DNA of 64,000 nucleotides. It comes from Patescibacteria group bacterium. GTDB taxonomy: Bacteria > Patescibacteriota > Dojkabacteria > JAHIVN01. The stretch lies in NCBI GenBank assembly GCA_043816305.1, contig JBDRHZ010000001.1:839-64838 (forward strand), given 5' to 3'. Of this stretch, positions 1 to 9,552 are shown one piece after another (the first letter of the stretch is position 1; each line of letters begins with the position of its first letter). The position numbers and the translations under genes are program-made. The notes beneath the pieces were generated by a model. That model saw nothing but the letters and a program-made list of their open reading frames with translations, made no database searches and was not told where the DNA came from.

Positions 1-2
1 TG

Positions 3-335
3 AAGAGCAATATACAAATAGTATCAGGAACTGAGCATAACTTATGGCATGCTCGTGAGTATGTGAAGGAGGCAAGATACGGAAAAACATATTTCCCGCG
101 ATTTATTCAACCAAAAAAATACTACATAAATATAGACACTTTCCTATTTAACGATATCAAACTCATACTATCTTTTAAGAATGTTAAGCCCAACGGTATT
201 TATATAAAGAATAAAGACCTAGCACAAAGTGAAAAAGCAGTTTTCAAAGTGCTTTACAACGATATTGCTCTAGAATACGAAGACTATCTAAAAAAGCACA
301 AAATAGACAGAAAGAAGCTGGAGCATACTGAATAG
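3..335 (+). CDS. hypothetical protein, probable C-terminal fragment (frame open to window edge)
   Basis: Frame 3 has no stop from nt 3 to the TAG at 333-335. The track ORF starts at a GTG at 63, but the frame continues upstream, so the gene probably begins outside the window. No recognisable motif. Confidence 0.4.
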   Translation, partial: KSNIQIVSGTEHNLWHAREYVKEARYGKTYFPRFIQPKKYYINIDTFLFNDIKLILSFKNVKPNGIYIKNKDLAQSEKAVFKVLYNDIALEYEDYLKKHKIDRKKLEHTE

Positions 336-399
336 TACAAACCTCTGTCAGTACTGAATTAATCCCCGCAAAGCGGGACAAGCAAGTACAAACAAGCAC

Positions 400-777
400 T
401 TACTCAACAACCGCCACCATACTTATCTCGATATCAGCCCCAAGGGGAAGACTTTTTACACACACAGTTTCCCTGGCTGGAAAAGGTTCTTTGAGAAACT
501 TACTGTAAGCCTTATTCAGCTCCGCATAGATGATCAGGTCCGTGACATAAATAGTAGTTTTAACTACATTATCAAAAGAGGCTCCAGCCGCTTCAAGAAC
601 ATTACTTAGATTTTCCATGATCTGATTCGTCTTCTCTGCAACTGTTCCCTCAATCAATGTACCATCACTTGACTGATAAACTTGTCCAGAGGTATATACC
701 AAATTTCCAACCTTTATCGCTTGGCTAAATGGACCAATCGCTGTTGGAGCCTTATCGGTTTTAACTGACTGCTTCAT
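400..777 (-). CDS. ridA: RidA/YjgF/L-PSP family reactive-intermediate deaminase
   Basis: 125 aa. The N-terminal APTAIGPFSQAIKVGNLVYTSGQ, the central TTIYV and the C-terminal PARETVCVKSLPLGADIEI are typical of the YjgF/RidA family. Confidence 0.9.
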   Translation of the reverse strand: MKQSVKTDKAPTAIGPFSQAIKVGNLVYTSGQVYQSSDGTLIEGTVAEKTNQIMENLSNVLEAAGASFDNVVKTTIYVTDLIIYAELNKAYSKFLKEPFPARETVCVKSLPLGADIEISMVAVVE

Positions 778-1327
778 ATTTTCTAGATAATACTTTAAAT
801 ATACCAGATGATATCATCTCTACCCAAAAATGTTAATCTTCCAATAGCTCTGAACTGAACATGCATTCTCAAATACGGCAAAAAGCTTATCACTGCTTAG
901 AATCTGTTTTATACGAACTATCTACTCTTCTTTTTAGAAAAGAAGAAAAATCAACCATTTTTTGAACGACCAAAAAATGGTTTAAAAAAAAGTCGCCGGG
1001 GTTTTCAAGTTTTTAGAGCTACTGGATTCCAAAACCGTTCCTTAGAAACGTGAATACCCCGGACCCCAGGCACCTGAGATCTATCGCTTAGTTATCTGTG
1101 TATATGAAATTGTGTACATGTGGGGTTTGGGGTGAGGCAACTCCCTGTGCTAGATATCTGATGTTGAATTGTATACTGTCGGAATTTGGCTCACCCCAGA
1201 ACTTTTTGGCTACTTTTTGGTTACAAAAAGTAGCTCTTTGGTTCTTTCGAAAAGAACACATTACTTATAAAACAGATTATCAGAACAAAACAAACCATTC
1301 AAAACACAACGGCTTGTCAATTGGCAC

Positions 1328-1368
1328 TTGACACTTTTTGACAATACAGATATAATTGCGTATATAAT
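1328..1368 (+). promoter_or_regulatory. tandem sigma70-type promoters upstream of tRNA-like gene
   Basis: TTGACA (1328-1333), a 17-nt spacer, then TATAAT (1351-1356) is an exact consensus. A second TTGACA (1338-1343) is followed by TATATA/TATAAT (1361-1368). Confidence 0.6.
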
Positions 1369-1383
1369 GAAAATAAGAGAAAA

Positions 1384-1455
1384 GCGGAGGTAGCTTAATC
1401 GACAAAGCTCTTCTTGTCCAAAGAAGCAATACAGGTCCACAACCTGTCCTCCGCT
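1384..1455 (+). tRNA. non-canonical tRNA-like cloverleaf, anticodon-position UCC (Gly-like)
   Basis: The geometry is a perfect 7/2/4/8/4/1/5/7/5/4/5/7/5/7/1 cloverleaf and all four stems are fully Watson-Crick: GCGGAGG/CCTCCGC, GCTT/AAGC, CTTCT/AGAAG, ACAGG/CCTGT. The loops are atypical. The anticodon loop TGTCCAA has G at position 33. The D-loop AATCGACA has no GG. The T-loop TCCACAA has no TTC. No CCA is encoded. Confidence 0.55.
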
Positions 1456-1486
1456 CATTGACATTATCTCATAGATTATCAGAAAG

Positions 1487-2503
1487 ATGCAAAGGAAAGT
1501 ACAAGAATATCTAAAAAGTATGCTGCAGGATTTCCCGGTCTATAAAGTCACTCATAAAGACAAAACAACTATAAAGAAAATGGGGTTAGGCTTCTTTATC
1601 TTGAACAAGGTCTTATCGAATAGATTTAGGAAAACCTCTCCGGGATGCGAAGTCCACCAGCAGGTAGAACAAAGAATCAATTCTGCAATCGAATCTGAAG
1701 AGCCTATCAATTTTACTATTCCGACAGGAGGCTACAAGAAATGGCATCTTGAAAGTGCGCCTGAAGCAGATTGGGCTGAATTCTTTCACCTCAGATTTAT
1801 GTTTGAGTATTTTTCACCTATACTGGCTGTATACAAACCCGGTATAATTCTGGATTATTTTTCAAATGCCTGGCTGATAAAAGTAATCTCTCATTATCCC
1901 CAGGAAGATCTCGACGCATACACAGATTCTTTCAGAAAATTAATCTGTGAATTTGAAAAATTCTTCCCTGATAATTTCAAGGTAAGGTTTAATGTTGTTT
2001 CAGACCAGAAAGACGAACGAACTTTATTGGAAAGAATTCTTGAAAATAGACCACTAGTAGAAAAGGATTGGCGAAGTCTAAGCAAAGCCGAACGACACAA
2101 AAGGCTTGAAGTATCGGGCAGAAATATAAGGTGGGATATTCTGGAGGAAGCTGGAAAGCTATCCCCCGGCAAAAAAGAAAGGTTCATGTATGAAGGAAAA
2201 ATTATCCATGACAGTCTTCTGAAAGGCGGCTGGAACAAAGATCTGGATTACCTTTTCAATGATGGAAAAATCGGGATAATTCATCGCTCAACGAAAGAAG
2301 ACTTTCTCCACCTGTCAACCTACTATGGATCATTTGTCCAGTTCTGGGTTGCCAGAGGGATTCTGACAGTTGACAAAAACAAACTCGTTCCAAGAGTGTT
2401 GTCTTACAATCAATACCTAGAGCAAAAACCTCTGCTAAAAAAGATACCCGTTAACCTTCTCGGACCCAGGAACTTTAAGAAAGTGGAACTTCTTCAATTA
2501 TGA
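1487..2503 (+). CDS. hypothetical protein (338 aa), immediately downstream of the tRNA-like gene
   Basis: Long ORF with host-like composition and no terminator between it and the tRNA-like gene. I cannot assign a family confidently. Confidence 0.7.
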   Translation: MQRKVQEYLKSMLQDFPVYKVTHKDKTTIKKMGLGFFILNKVLSNRFRKTSPGCEVHQQVEQRINSAIESEEPINFTIPTGGYKKWHLESAPEADWAEFFHLRFMFEYFSPILAVYKPGIILDYFSNAWLIKVISHYPQEDLDAYTDSFRKLICEFEKFFPDNFKVRFNVVSDQKDERTLLERILENRPLVEKDWRSLSKAERHKRLEVSGRNIRWDILEEAGKLSPGKKERFMYEGKIIHDSLLKGGWNKDLDYLFNDGKIGIIHRSTKEDFLHLSTYYGSFVQFWVARGILTVDKNKLVPRVLSYNQYLEQKPLLKKIPVNLLGPRNFKKVELLQL

Positions 2504-2569
2504 AATCCATGCCTTTATCGTGTCAATCATCGAGTTTTAATTTTTGCAATAGTTAGATATAATGTCAAT

Positions 2570-3424
2570 ATGGATTTAACAGAACTATTAAAACAAGTTG
2601 GACTTCGCAAGGCTGAAATCGATGTTTATAAGCAATGTACTGATTACTTTCCTCGTGCTTCTGAAATAGCAACAAATACAGGGCTCAAGAGAACTAATAT
2701 TTATGCTATTCTTAATTCCTTGATCGAAAAAGACCTCGTAGTAGAGGTCAAACAGGGTAAAGTCAAACGCTTTCATGCAGTATCTCTCTCACGATTGTAT
2801 GATTATGTTGAAAGACAGAAAATGGATCTTGAAAAGAACAGTCAAAGCCTCGACAGGGCATTGGAAATAATCAGCAAACAATTCGCCATCACGAGACATG
2901 CAAATGTAGAGTTTTACAACGGACTTGAGGAGGTAAAAAAACTTATTCTAGAAACAGATTCAAAAAGAGGAACGACCGAGGTTAAGCACATCACTAGATT
3001 TGAGAGATATGCTGTTGTAGGTAATATCATTGACAGAGTAAACACTTTAACTGAAAATACGTTCAGAAAACTTGGGAAAAATTTTGTAAAGGAAAAAACC
3101 ATAGTGCCAGATATACAAAAATCAAAGGATATCATAGCTTTTCAGTCCTCGAAACATCCCCACTATCAGAAGTGGCGAGACTTCAGGTTTGTTGATTTCG
3201 ACAACTTTCAGATCGAGTCTCAGATCCTTTTGCTAGACAATAATGCGTATCTGATCTCGATAACAGAATCCGAAACTTGGGCGTTAAAATTTACTGACAG
3301 ATCAATATTTAATACCTTTGATGCTATTTTTGAGGCGTTATGGATAACTGGGAAGAAGATTCCCATTAGTTCGAATACATCTGATGCTAAAACCTACAAG
3401 AGTAAAAACAACCAAGGACGCTAA
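2570..3424 (+). CDS. TrmB-family HTH transcriptional regulator
   Basis: The N-terminal winged HTH (GLRKAEIDVYKQC...ASEIATNTGLKRTNIYAILNSLIEKDLV) and the ~280 aa size fit TrmB. It is one of three paralogs, with 13546-14367 and 17217-17981. A TATAAT lies about 15 nt upstream. Confidence 0.8.
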   Translation: MDLTELLKQVGLRKAEIDVYKQCTDYFPRASEIATNTGLKRTNIYAILNSLIEKDLVVEVKQGKVKRFHAVSLSRLYDYVERQKMDLEKNSQSLDRALEIISKQFAITRHANVEFYNGLEEVKKLILETDSKRGTTEVKHITRFERYAVVGNIIDRVNTLTENTFRKLGKNFVKEKTIVPDIQKSKDIIAFQSSKHPHYQKWRDFRFVDFDNFQIESQILLLDNNAYLISITESETWALKFTDRSIFNTFDAIFEALWITGKKIPISSNTSDAKTYKSKNNQGR

Positions 3425-3911
3425 ACTAGCAGAAGCCTTCATCTTTAAGGCGCTCAAGCCTGACGGTTTCAGCAAGTCAGGTTACACGAAAAACTATAAT
3501 ATCCCCTCGATAAAAGACATACTTGCATGGTCATCCTGGGCTAACCTCAAAAGACCTGAACAGCCGTCATTTATCATTAAGGGTAAAGGAAGGATTGTAG
3601 CTGGTATCTTTGGCGAGCCGGTCGAAGGACATTTCGACGTTGGAGAGTCTGAAATCCAGCATGTTTTATTCTTGAAAGAATATGAAAACAAAAATAACGC
3701 TTTGGCTTTGCTTTCGAAAACTGTAGAATTCTATAAAGAGAAAAGGGCAAAACAGGTTCATTTCTGGATGCTGGAATCTGATTTCAATAAGAACCGATAC
3801 TCGCTATGGCAAAAGATCTCTCAAGACTCCTTTGGGTTTGCATTTAAAGGTTTCAGGAGAATTTCAAAATGGAGTGGAAAGCCGATTGTTAAGATAGAGA
3901 AATATTTTTGA
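3384..3911 (+). CDS. hypothetical protein (175 aa)
   Basis: ORF overlapping the end of the TrmB gene by 41 nt. No motif recognised. Confidence 0.55.
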   Translation: MLKPTRVKTTKDAKLAEAFIFKALKPDGFSKSGYTKNYNIPSIKDILAWSSWANLKRPEQPSFIIKGKGRIVAGIFGEPVEGHFDVGESEIQHVLFLKEYENKNNALALLSKTVEFYKEKRAKQVHFWMLESDFNKNRYSLWQKISQDSFGFAFKGFRRISKWSGKPIVKIEKYF

Positions 3912-3921
3912 TAAACAATAG

Positions 3922-4761
3922 ATGAAAATACAACTCATCAAAATACCAGCCGGCGAATTCTTTATGGGCAGTACTCCAAAAGAAGTATCCAAACAAATCA
4001 AGAATAATCCGACTGTTGATAGGCGTTTATTTGAAAGGCAACTCGAGCAACATAAGGTTGACCTACCCGAATACTACATTTCAAAATTCCCAATAACCAA
4101 CCTCCAATTTTTAATATTCATAAAGGCTACTGATTATAAAACAACTGCTCAAACAGAAGGTTTCGGAATGCACTTCGACGGTGAAATGAAAAAGATCAGA
4201 GGCGCTGATTGGAAACACCCGCATGGGCCGGATTCGAATATTGAAGATAAAGGTAATCATCCAGTGGTAATAGTATCCTGGTTTGACGCAATTGAGTTTT
4301 GCAGATGACTGTCTGAAACAACTGGAAAGAAATATTCTCTTCCTACCGAGGCCCAATGGGAAAAAGCATCTCGCGGACCAAATGGAAATACCTGGCCCTG
4401 GGGAAATAGATGGGATGAGAGAAAATGCAATTGCAATAATTTCATAGGCGACACAACGCCTGTCGGAGAAATTTCCACAAAAGGAGACAGCTTTTATGGC
4501 TGCAGTGATATGGCTGGAAATGTCTTGGAATGGACTACTACTACTATTGGTACGAAAGACGTCTGGCCGTCAAAATTCAAATACCCCTACGATCCAAATG
4601 ATGGCAGAGAGAACTTGAAGTTGAACACCCGCCGGGTTGCTCGCGGAGGAACTTACCAGCGGGACAAAGATATGTGCCGCTGTGCCTTCCGCTTTGCAGA
4701 TATGCCAGAAGAGAGATATTCAAGTATGGGGTTTAGGATAGTTGAAATCGCTAAGTCCTAA
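3922..4761 (+). pseudogene. formylglycine-generating-enzyme (FGE/SUMF1) domain protein interrupted by one in-frame TGA
   Basis: Track ORFs 3922-4308 and 4510-4761 share one frame, and 4309-4509 is open. Joined, they read ...[34 protein letters not shown]...GNVLEWT...RGGTY..., the FGE-sulfatase pattern. The TGA (4306-4308) sits where family members usually have Trp (C-x-W-L-S). Confidence 0.75.
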
Positions 4762-4915
4762 TTCCTAAATTCTAAACAATTTTGTCCTCCCCCGACAAAA
4801 TTCAGTCATCCCAAATAACTACCAATAACAATAAATAACTTCATAAGCACTGTCCTAACTTCCATTCTTTGGTAGAAAAAGATACAAACTGTATAATTCT
4901 AGAGAAAAAACAGTA

Positions 4916-6127
4916 ATGAAACGCAACATCACAATCTACTACATCACTCGGGTTTTTGTTGGCCTTCGATTCATCATCCCTGTCTGGGTAGCATTTTTTC
5001 TGCGAATAATCACTTTTGAGCAGATGGCCATCGGTGAAGTAGTAGTCTTTCTTGTCGGCACCTTATTCGAACTCCCGTCAGGCGTCCTTGCTGATCTCAT
5101 CGGACGGAAACTTACTGTGGCAATTGGACTTATCGTCCAAGGACTTGGTTATGTTCTTGTAGCTTATGCTACTGATTTCCAAAGTTATCTAATTGCATTT
5201 TCCATTTCTTCCATAGGTGGAAGCTTTGTGTCCGGGGCAGAAGAAGCGCTCATTTACGATTCTCTCAAACAAATAAAAAAGCTAAATCTCTATTCAAAAG
5301 TGAAATCTATCGAGACAACTATTTACAGAGTCTCTCTATTTGCTGGAACAATTCTCGGAGGGTATCTTTATGATATCAGAGCACTCCTCCCATACGTACT
5401 GACAGGAACAACATTGATCGTAGCTGGAGCAGTATACTTCTTATCCCGCGAACCGAAAATCGATTCGGAGAAGTTTTCTCTGAAAAGCTACTTTAGAAAT
5501 TTCAAACTCGGCTTTATGGAAAGTTTTAAAAATAAAAGAACTACATATACATCAATTTATTATATATTGATCTTTTCTGGGGGACTTTTGCTCATGTCCT
5601 ACTTCGAACAGCCTTACAGCAAATGGCTAGGGTTTAATGAGATTGAGATCGGCTGGATCTTTGGTGCTTTGACTCTGATCAAAATTGTCACCGTCCTATT
5701 TGCAACAAGAATCGAAAAGCTGTTTGGTAATAGGATAAACTTTCTGCTGCCCTTGCTGACAGGTCTGATTCTCATATCGTCAGCTCAATTCAAGATATGG
5801 GGTCTAGTCATACTCACTGTGGAAAATATTCTTCTAGCCTACCGATTTATTTTCACGCAGAAAATGTATAACTTAAGAATCGATTCCAAGTACAGAGCAT
5901 CTGCTATTTCAACGCTGTCTATGTTTAACAACTCTATCTATCTGATCCTTGTCTGCGGTCTATCAAAGATACTTACATTTGATAATATCGGCTACTCGTT
6001 TAATGTCATCGGGATAATGTTTCTGTTGGCAGCAATTTTAAGCTTAGTGATTAATCGCAGGTATAAATCTGATCAAAGGTGCTCAAGGACTTATTCGATC
6101 AGATTCCATAGCAATACAACAACATAG
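4916..6127 (+). CDS. MFS transporter
   Basis: 403 aa with about 11-12 hydrophobic helices. The loop motif GVLADLIGRK after TM2 is typical of the major facilitator superfamily. Confidence 0.8.
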   Translation: MKRNITIYYITRVFVGLRFIIPVWVAFFLRIITFEQMAIGEVVVFLVGTLFELPSGVLADLIGRKLTVAIGLIVQGLGYVLVAYATDFQSYLIAFSISSIGGSFVSGAEEALIYDSLKQIKKLNLYSKVKSIETTIYRVSLFAGTILGGYLYDIRALLPYVLTGTTLIVAGAVYFLSREPKIDSEKFSLKSYFRNFKLGFMESFKNKRTTYTSIYYILIFSGGLLLMSYFEQPYSKWLGFNEIEIGWIFGALTLIKIVTVLFATRIEKLFGNRINFLLPLLTGLILISSAQFKIWGLVILTVENILLAYRFIFTQKMYNLRIDSKYRASAISTLSMFNNSIYLILVCGLSKILTFDNIGYSFNVIGIMFLLAAILSLVINRRYKSDQRCSRTYSIRFHSNTTT

Positions 6128-6179
6128 CCATATAACAATATAAAAGCTTTTAGTCTATTTTACTTCTTAACTTTATAAA

Positions 6180-6557
6180 ATGCTCAAAAACATCGACTGC
6201 GTTCTCATCTGGACAGATAACCTGGAAGAGATGCGAAAATTCTATTCTGAGACACTTGGCATGAAGGAAATGCTTGAGATGAATCACCCCAAGGATACGG
6301 GAATTCTATATGAGTTTGCAAGCGGACCTCAGTTCTGGATCGGATTGCATAGTAAAGTGAAAGGAGAAAATCAAGACTCGGCGAGGCATATGATCAACTT
6401 CCTGGTCGATAGTGTCGAGAAAACTTATCAAGAATTGAAGTCAAAAGGGGTGAAGTTTGTAGCAGAGCCTTTTGAAGCTCCTACAGGTGGAAGCTTCTTT
6501 GCAACATTTGAGGATCCGGATGGAAATCTCCTGCAGTTGTGGAGCAAGAAAAAGTAA
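6180..6557 (+). CDS. VOC/glyoxalase-bleomycin resistance family protein
   Basis: 125 aa with the N-terminal L(I)WTDNLEEMRKFY and C-terminal FEDPDGNLLQL motifs of the vicinal oxygen chelate fold. Confidence 0.75.
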   Translation: MLKNIDCVLIWTDNLEEMRKFYSETLGMKEMLEMNHPKDTGILYEFASGPQFWIGLHSKVKGENQDSARHMINFLVDSVEKTYQELKSKGVKFVAEPFEAPTGGSFFATFEDPDGNLLQLWSKKK

Positions 6558-6592
6558 TCTATACTAACAATTAACATTTAATAACAAGACCA

Positions 6593-7513
6593 ATGAAAAT
6601 ATACATTGTCGGTTCGGGTGGGGTCGGCGGGTACTTCGGAGGAAAGCTTGCAAAGACTGAAAATAGTGTAACATTCCTGGCAAGAGGTAAACACCTGGAC
6701 CAGCTGAGATCAAAAGGATTAGTAGTAAACGCTGTGGACGGAAGCTTCAAGATAAAGAACCCGAATGTAATAAGCAGGATTTCAGAGATAAAAGACCCTG
6801 ATTTCATCTTCTTCTCGGTGAAAACCTACGATACAAAAGAAGTAGCACAAGAATTATCAAAGGTAGTGCGTGAAAAGACTATTATTATCACATTTCAGAA
6901 CGGCACAGAGAATGACGATGAGATCAAAAAGTATATCAGCGGTTGCAATATTTACCCCGGCCTCGCTTATATCATTTCAACAAAAGAAAAGGCAGGAGTG
7001 ATAAACCAAACCGGCGGACCGAGAAAAATCATATTCGGCGATCGCGATAATAAGGATAATGAAAATCTAGAAGAAATTGCCAGCTTGATGAGAAAGTCTG
7101 GAATAGATGCTGTAGTATCTGACGATATAACAAGAGATCTGTGGAAAAAGTACGTATTTATTAACGCATTTTCGGGTATGACAGCAATCTGCAGGACTCC
7201 AATCGGGAAAGTTCTTGAAGATGATATTACGTCATCACTTTACGAAAGATGCGTCCGAGAATCTATCGAAGTTGCTAAGAAGCTTAGGGTGAATCTTCCG
7301 GCAACTATTTTTGAGGACGCTATGACTCTGAGCAGAAACTTTGAGGCAGCCTCCAAGTCTTCCCTACTCGTTGATATTGAAAGTGGAAGAAAGAATGAGA
7401 TTGAAACACTGAATGGAACGCTTGTAAGATTGGCACAGAAATTTGATATTGACACACCGATAAATGCTCTGATCTATGGCTCTATTAAGCTAAGTAGTGA
7501 TGTTATTCAATAG
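6593..7513 (+). CDS. panE: 2-dehydropantoate 2-reductase (ketopantoate reductase)
   Basis: N-terminal Rossmann motif MKIYIVGSGGVGGYFGGKLA. The C-terminal SKSSLLVDIESGRKNEIETLNGTLV matches the ApbA/PanE signature. Confidence 0.85.
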   Translation: MKIYIVGSGGVGGYFGGKLAKTENSVTFLARGKHLDQLRSKGLVVNAVDGSFKIKNPNVISRISEIKDPDFIFFSVKTYDTKEVAQELSKVVREKTIIITFQNGTENDDEIKKYISGCNIYPGLAYIISTKEKAGVINQTGGPRKIIFGDRDNKDNENLEEIASLMRKSGIDAVVSDDITRDLWKKYVFINAFSGMTAICRTPIGKVLEDDITSSLYERCVRESIEVAKKLRVNLPATIFEDAMTLSRNFEAASKSSLLVDIESGRKNEIETLNGTLVRLAQKFDIDTPINALIYGSIKLSSDVIQ

Positions 7514-7598
7514 AAAAGCTATAAATTTGAGGAATAATATCTTTGCTCCGTTCTGATTCTTCTGCTATATTAATCTTGATAAACTTAGTTTCCTAGTC

Positions 7599-8441
7599 AT
7601 GAAGATCAAAAAGGTACTACTCCGAACGTCTTTTTTTACCATTGTTTTTGTTTTTCTTGCTACATTTATAACAGGAGGAGAACAAAGTGATCAGGTACAG
7701 ACACTTCTCGGAGTCTCCTCATTTATTTTTGGCATCTTTCTTGCCTTTTATACTGCAAACAGCCATGGTAGATTTAACGATGTCATGAAGGGGCTTCGTA
7801 TAGATTCCGGAATTCTTAAATTTATATACCTTTCGTCTAAACTTTTTCCCGAACAAGTGCAGGAACGTATCAAGACGCTAATAGACAATTACCTGATCGA
7901 ACAGCTGGATTATTTCCTCTATGACTTCGATAAAAGCCAGAAACAGCTAGATGATCTGTTTGAATATATTCTCTTTCTCAAACCGGAGACGAAAGAACAG
8001 CAGACAGCATACGATAATATGATCGATGAGATGAACGAAGCCACCAAGAACAGAAAACAGGTTGAGTCAAATGTAACTGCACATCTTTCAATTTTCGAAT
8101 GGAGCATTCTGATTGTACTGCTCGTAATCATTCTCTTCTGTCTTTTCTATATAAATGATAGCACTATAATCTCCATACTGCTCACAACAATGCTTTCAAC
8201 TGCGTCGGCAATTATGCTTCTGACACTATACGACCTTGACTCCCTCAGATGGCAAGAACAGTATAGGATCTGGGATCCGCTCCAAAGACTCTTCCGTGAG
8301 ATGAATCTTCTACCCTATTATCCAGATGCTGCAATTGCAAGTGGAAGGATAAGACCTTTAAAGGGAAAGGTCAGAATTGCTCATTATCCAAATAAATATC
8401 CGGATATGAGTGGAAAAGAGATCGAGGAAACGGAAATTTAG
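7599..8441 (+). CDS. integral membrane protein, unknown function
   Basis: 280 aa with two N-terminal and two C-terminal hydrophobic helices around a soluble helical segment. Confidence 0.6.
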   Translation: MKIKKVLLRTSFFTIVFVFLATFITGGEQSDQVQTLLGVSSFIFGIFLAFYTANSHGRFNDVMKGLRIDSGILKFIYLSSKLFPEQVQERIKTLIDNYLIEQLDYFLYDFDKSQKQLDDLFEYILFLKPETKEQQTAYDNMIDEMNEATKNRKQVESNVTAHLSIFEWSILIVLLVIILFCLFYINDSTIISILLTTMLSTASAIMLLTLYDLDSLRWQEQYRIWDPLQRLFREMNLLPYYPDAAIASGRIRPLKGKVRIAHYPNKYPDMSGKEIEETEI

Positions 8442-8486
8442 TAGTCTCACTCATTAACTCAAATATTGCAAAAATAAGCATAGAGG

Positions 8487-9407
8487 TTATATTAATCTTT
8501 CTAACTTTGCTTCGATCACATCCTTCTGTTTCTTGACTGAGACGACCCCTCTTTCGATAGCTTGCCTGCATCTTTTAGTAAATGTATATCGGAAATCTTC
8601 AACTGGATTTATTCCTGCAAATGGTCGTATTGAAACAATATTATCATTATTAGAGAATACTGATGACTTTCTAGAAAGATCAATATTTATTATTAAGGCA
8701 TTTGGGAAAATACAGCGTGCAATCTTGACAGGATTCTTCCAGTTATCTGAATAATCACTTGCGTCAACCATTTCTGCAACTCGCTGGTCCTGTTTATCGA
8801 CAAACTTTAGGGGACTAACTCTATAGATCATACTGCAGGAAGCCCGAACCCAGGAAGCCACCGGTTCACTGCCCCATCCGAGAACTGCTCCTTCATCCAA
8901 CTGATAAGCCACGACTATTTCGGGTATTCTCAACTCTTCAAAAGTCTCTGCTCCCCAGCCTCTCACCAAGTCTTCCAAAGGCTCCATACTCACTAGCTGA
9001 TCTGTTCGACCGATATCCAGCTTTACAAGGTTTCTCCACCATATGCTTTTCTTCGCCTCTTCCTCCAACTCATCAGGACTCCAGCCGCAGCAAATAGCAG
9101 CTCCGGCAAATGATCCTCCACTGCTTGAAACAACTGCATCTACCTTTAAATCAGTGTTTTTAGTCTCATTAGTTTTACTTATAATCATATGAAGCTCCCT
9201 ATAAGCTCCAACTTGGGCAAATGCTTTCATAGCACCGCCAGAGAGAACTAAGACTATAGCTTTACGTGCTTTTAGGATTACTTGATTGATAGATGATGGA
9301 ACTTGAGCATCTTTTATCCAATTTTCTCTCATGTTCTCCTTATCATCACCTATCAATACCGGATCCAAAACTGGATAGTCATATTTTCTTTTTTTCATAT
9401 CCTGCAT
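8487..9407 (-). CDS. patatin-like phospholipase domain protein
   Basis: The glycine-rich oxyanion motif VLSGGAMKAFAQVGAYREL is followed by the nucleophile-elbow-like VSSSGGSFAG. The first ATG (MQDMKKRK) is at 9407, whereas the track start at 9455 is a TTG. Confidence 0.6.
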   Translation of the reverse strand: MQDMKKRKYDYPVLDPVLIGDDKENMRENWIKDAQVPSSINQVILKARKAIVLVLSGGAMKAFAQVGAYRELHMIISKTNETKNTDLKVDAVVSSSGGSFAGAAICCGWSPDELEEEAKKSIWWRNLVKLDIGRTDQLVSMEPLEDLVRGWGAETFEELRIPEIVVAYQLDEGAVLGWGSEPVASWVRASCSMIYRVSPLKFVDKQDQRVAEMVDASDYSDNWKNPVKIARCIFPNALIINIDLSRKSSVFSNNDNIVSIRPFAGINPVEDFRYTFTKRCRQAIERGVVSVKKQKDVIEAKLERLI

Positions 9408-9552
9408 TAAGGGAATAATCCTGCTTAATTCTATCAACAAGCAGAAATAAAGCAAAGAACAAAGTCTAGCTTATAAGCCACCACTTCGGCACTAACATCC
9501 AGCATTGAAATCATGATAAAATACGCCGTTAATCTCTTTATCAGATGCAACA

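Noticed and set aside
994-1197. Two ~70-nt closed helices (994-1066, 1129-1197) as additional tRNA genes or a TPP-like riboswitch
   Set aside because: Neither gives a cloverleaf with acceptable D, anticodon and T arms on either strand. The CUGAGA / ACCUGA words are too isolated to call a THI element. They are kept only as a low-priority structured region.
1098-1464. Track ORFs 1098-1331 (+) and 1261-1464 (-) as protein-coding genes
   Set aside because: They lie in the helix-rich spacer and overlap the consensus promoter and the tRNA-like cloverleaf. Their sequences are low-complexity and lack motifs. They are most likely non-coding.
3922-4761. Alternative genetic code (UGA = Trp or Gly) as explanation for the in-frame TGA
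   Set aside because: The only tRNA-Trp seen has anticodon CCA, which reads UGG only. TGA also ends several ORFs at plausible C-termini, for example 12788-12790 and 13478-13480. A single case is better explained by a nonsense mutation or a sequencing error. A genome-wide check is still needed.
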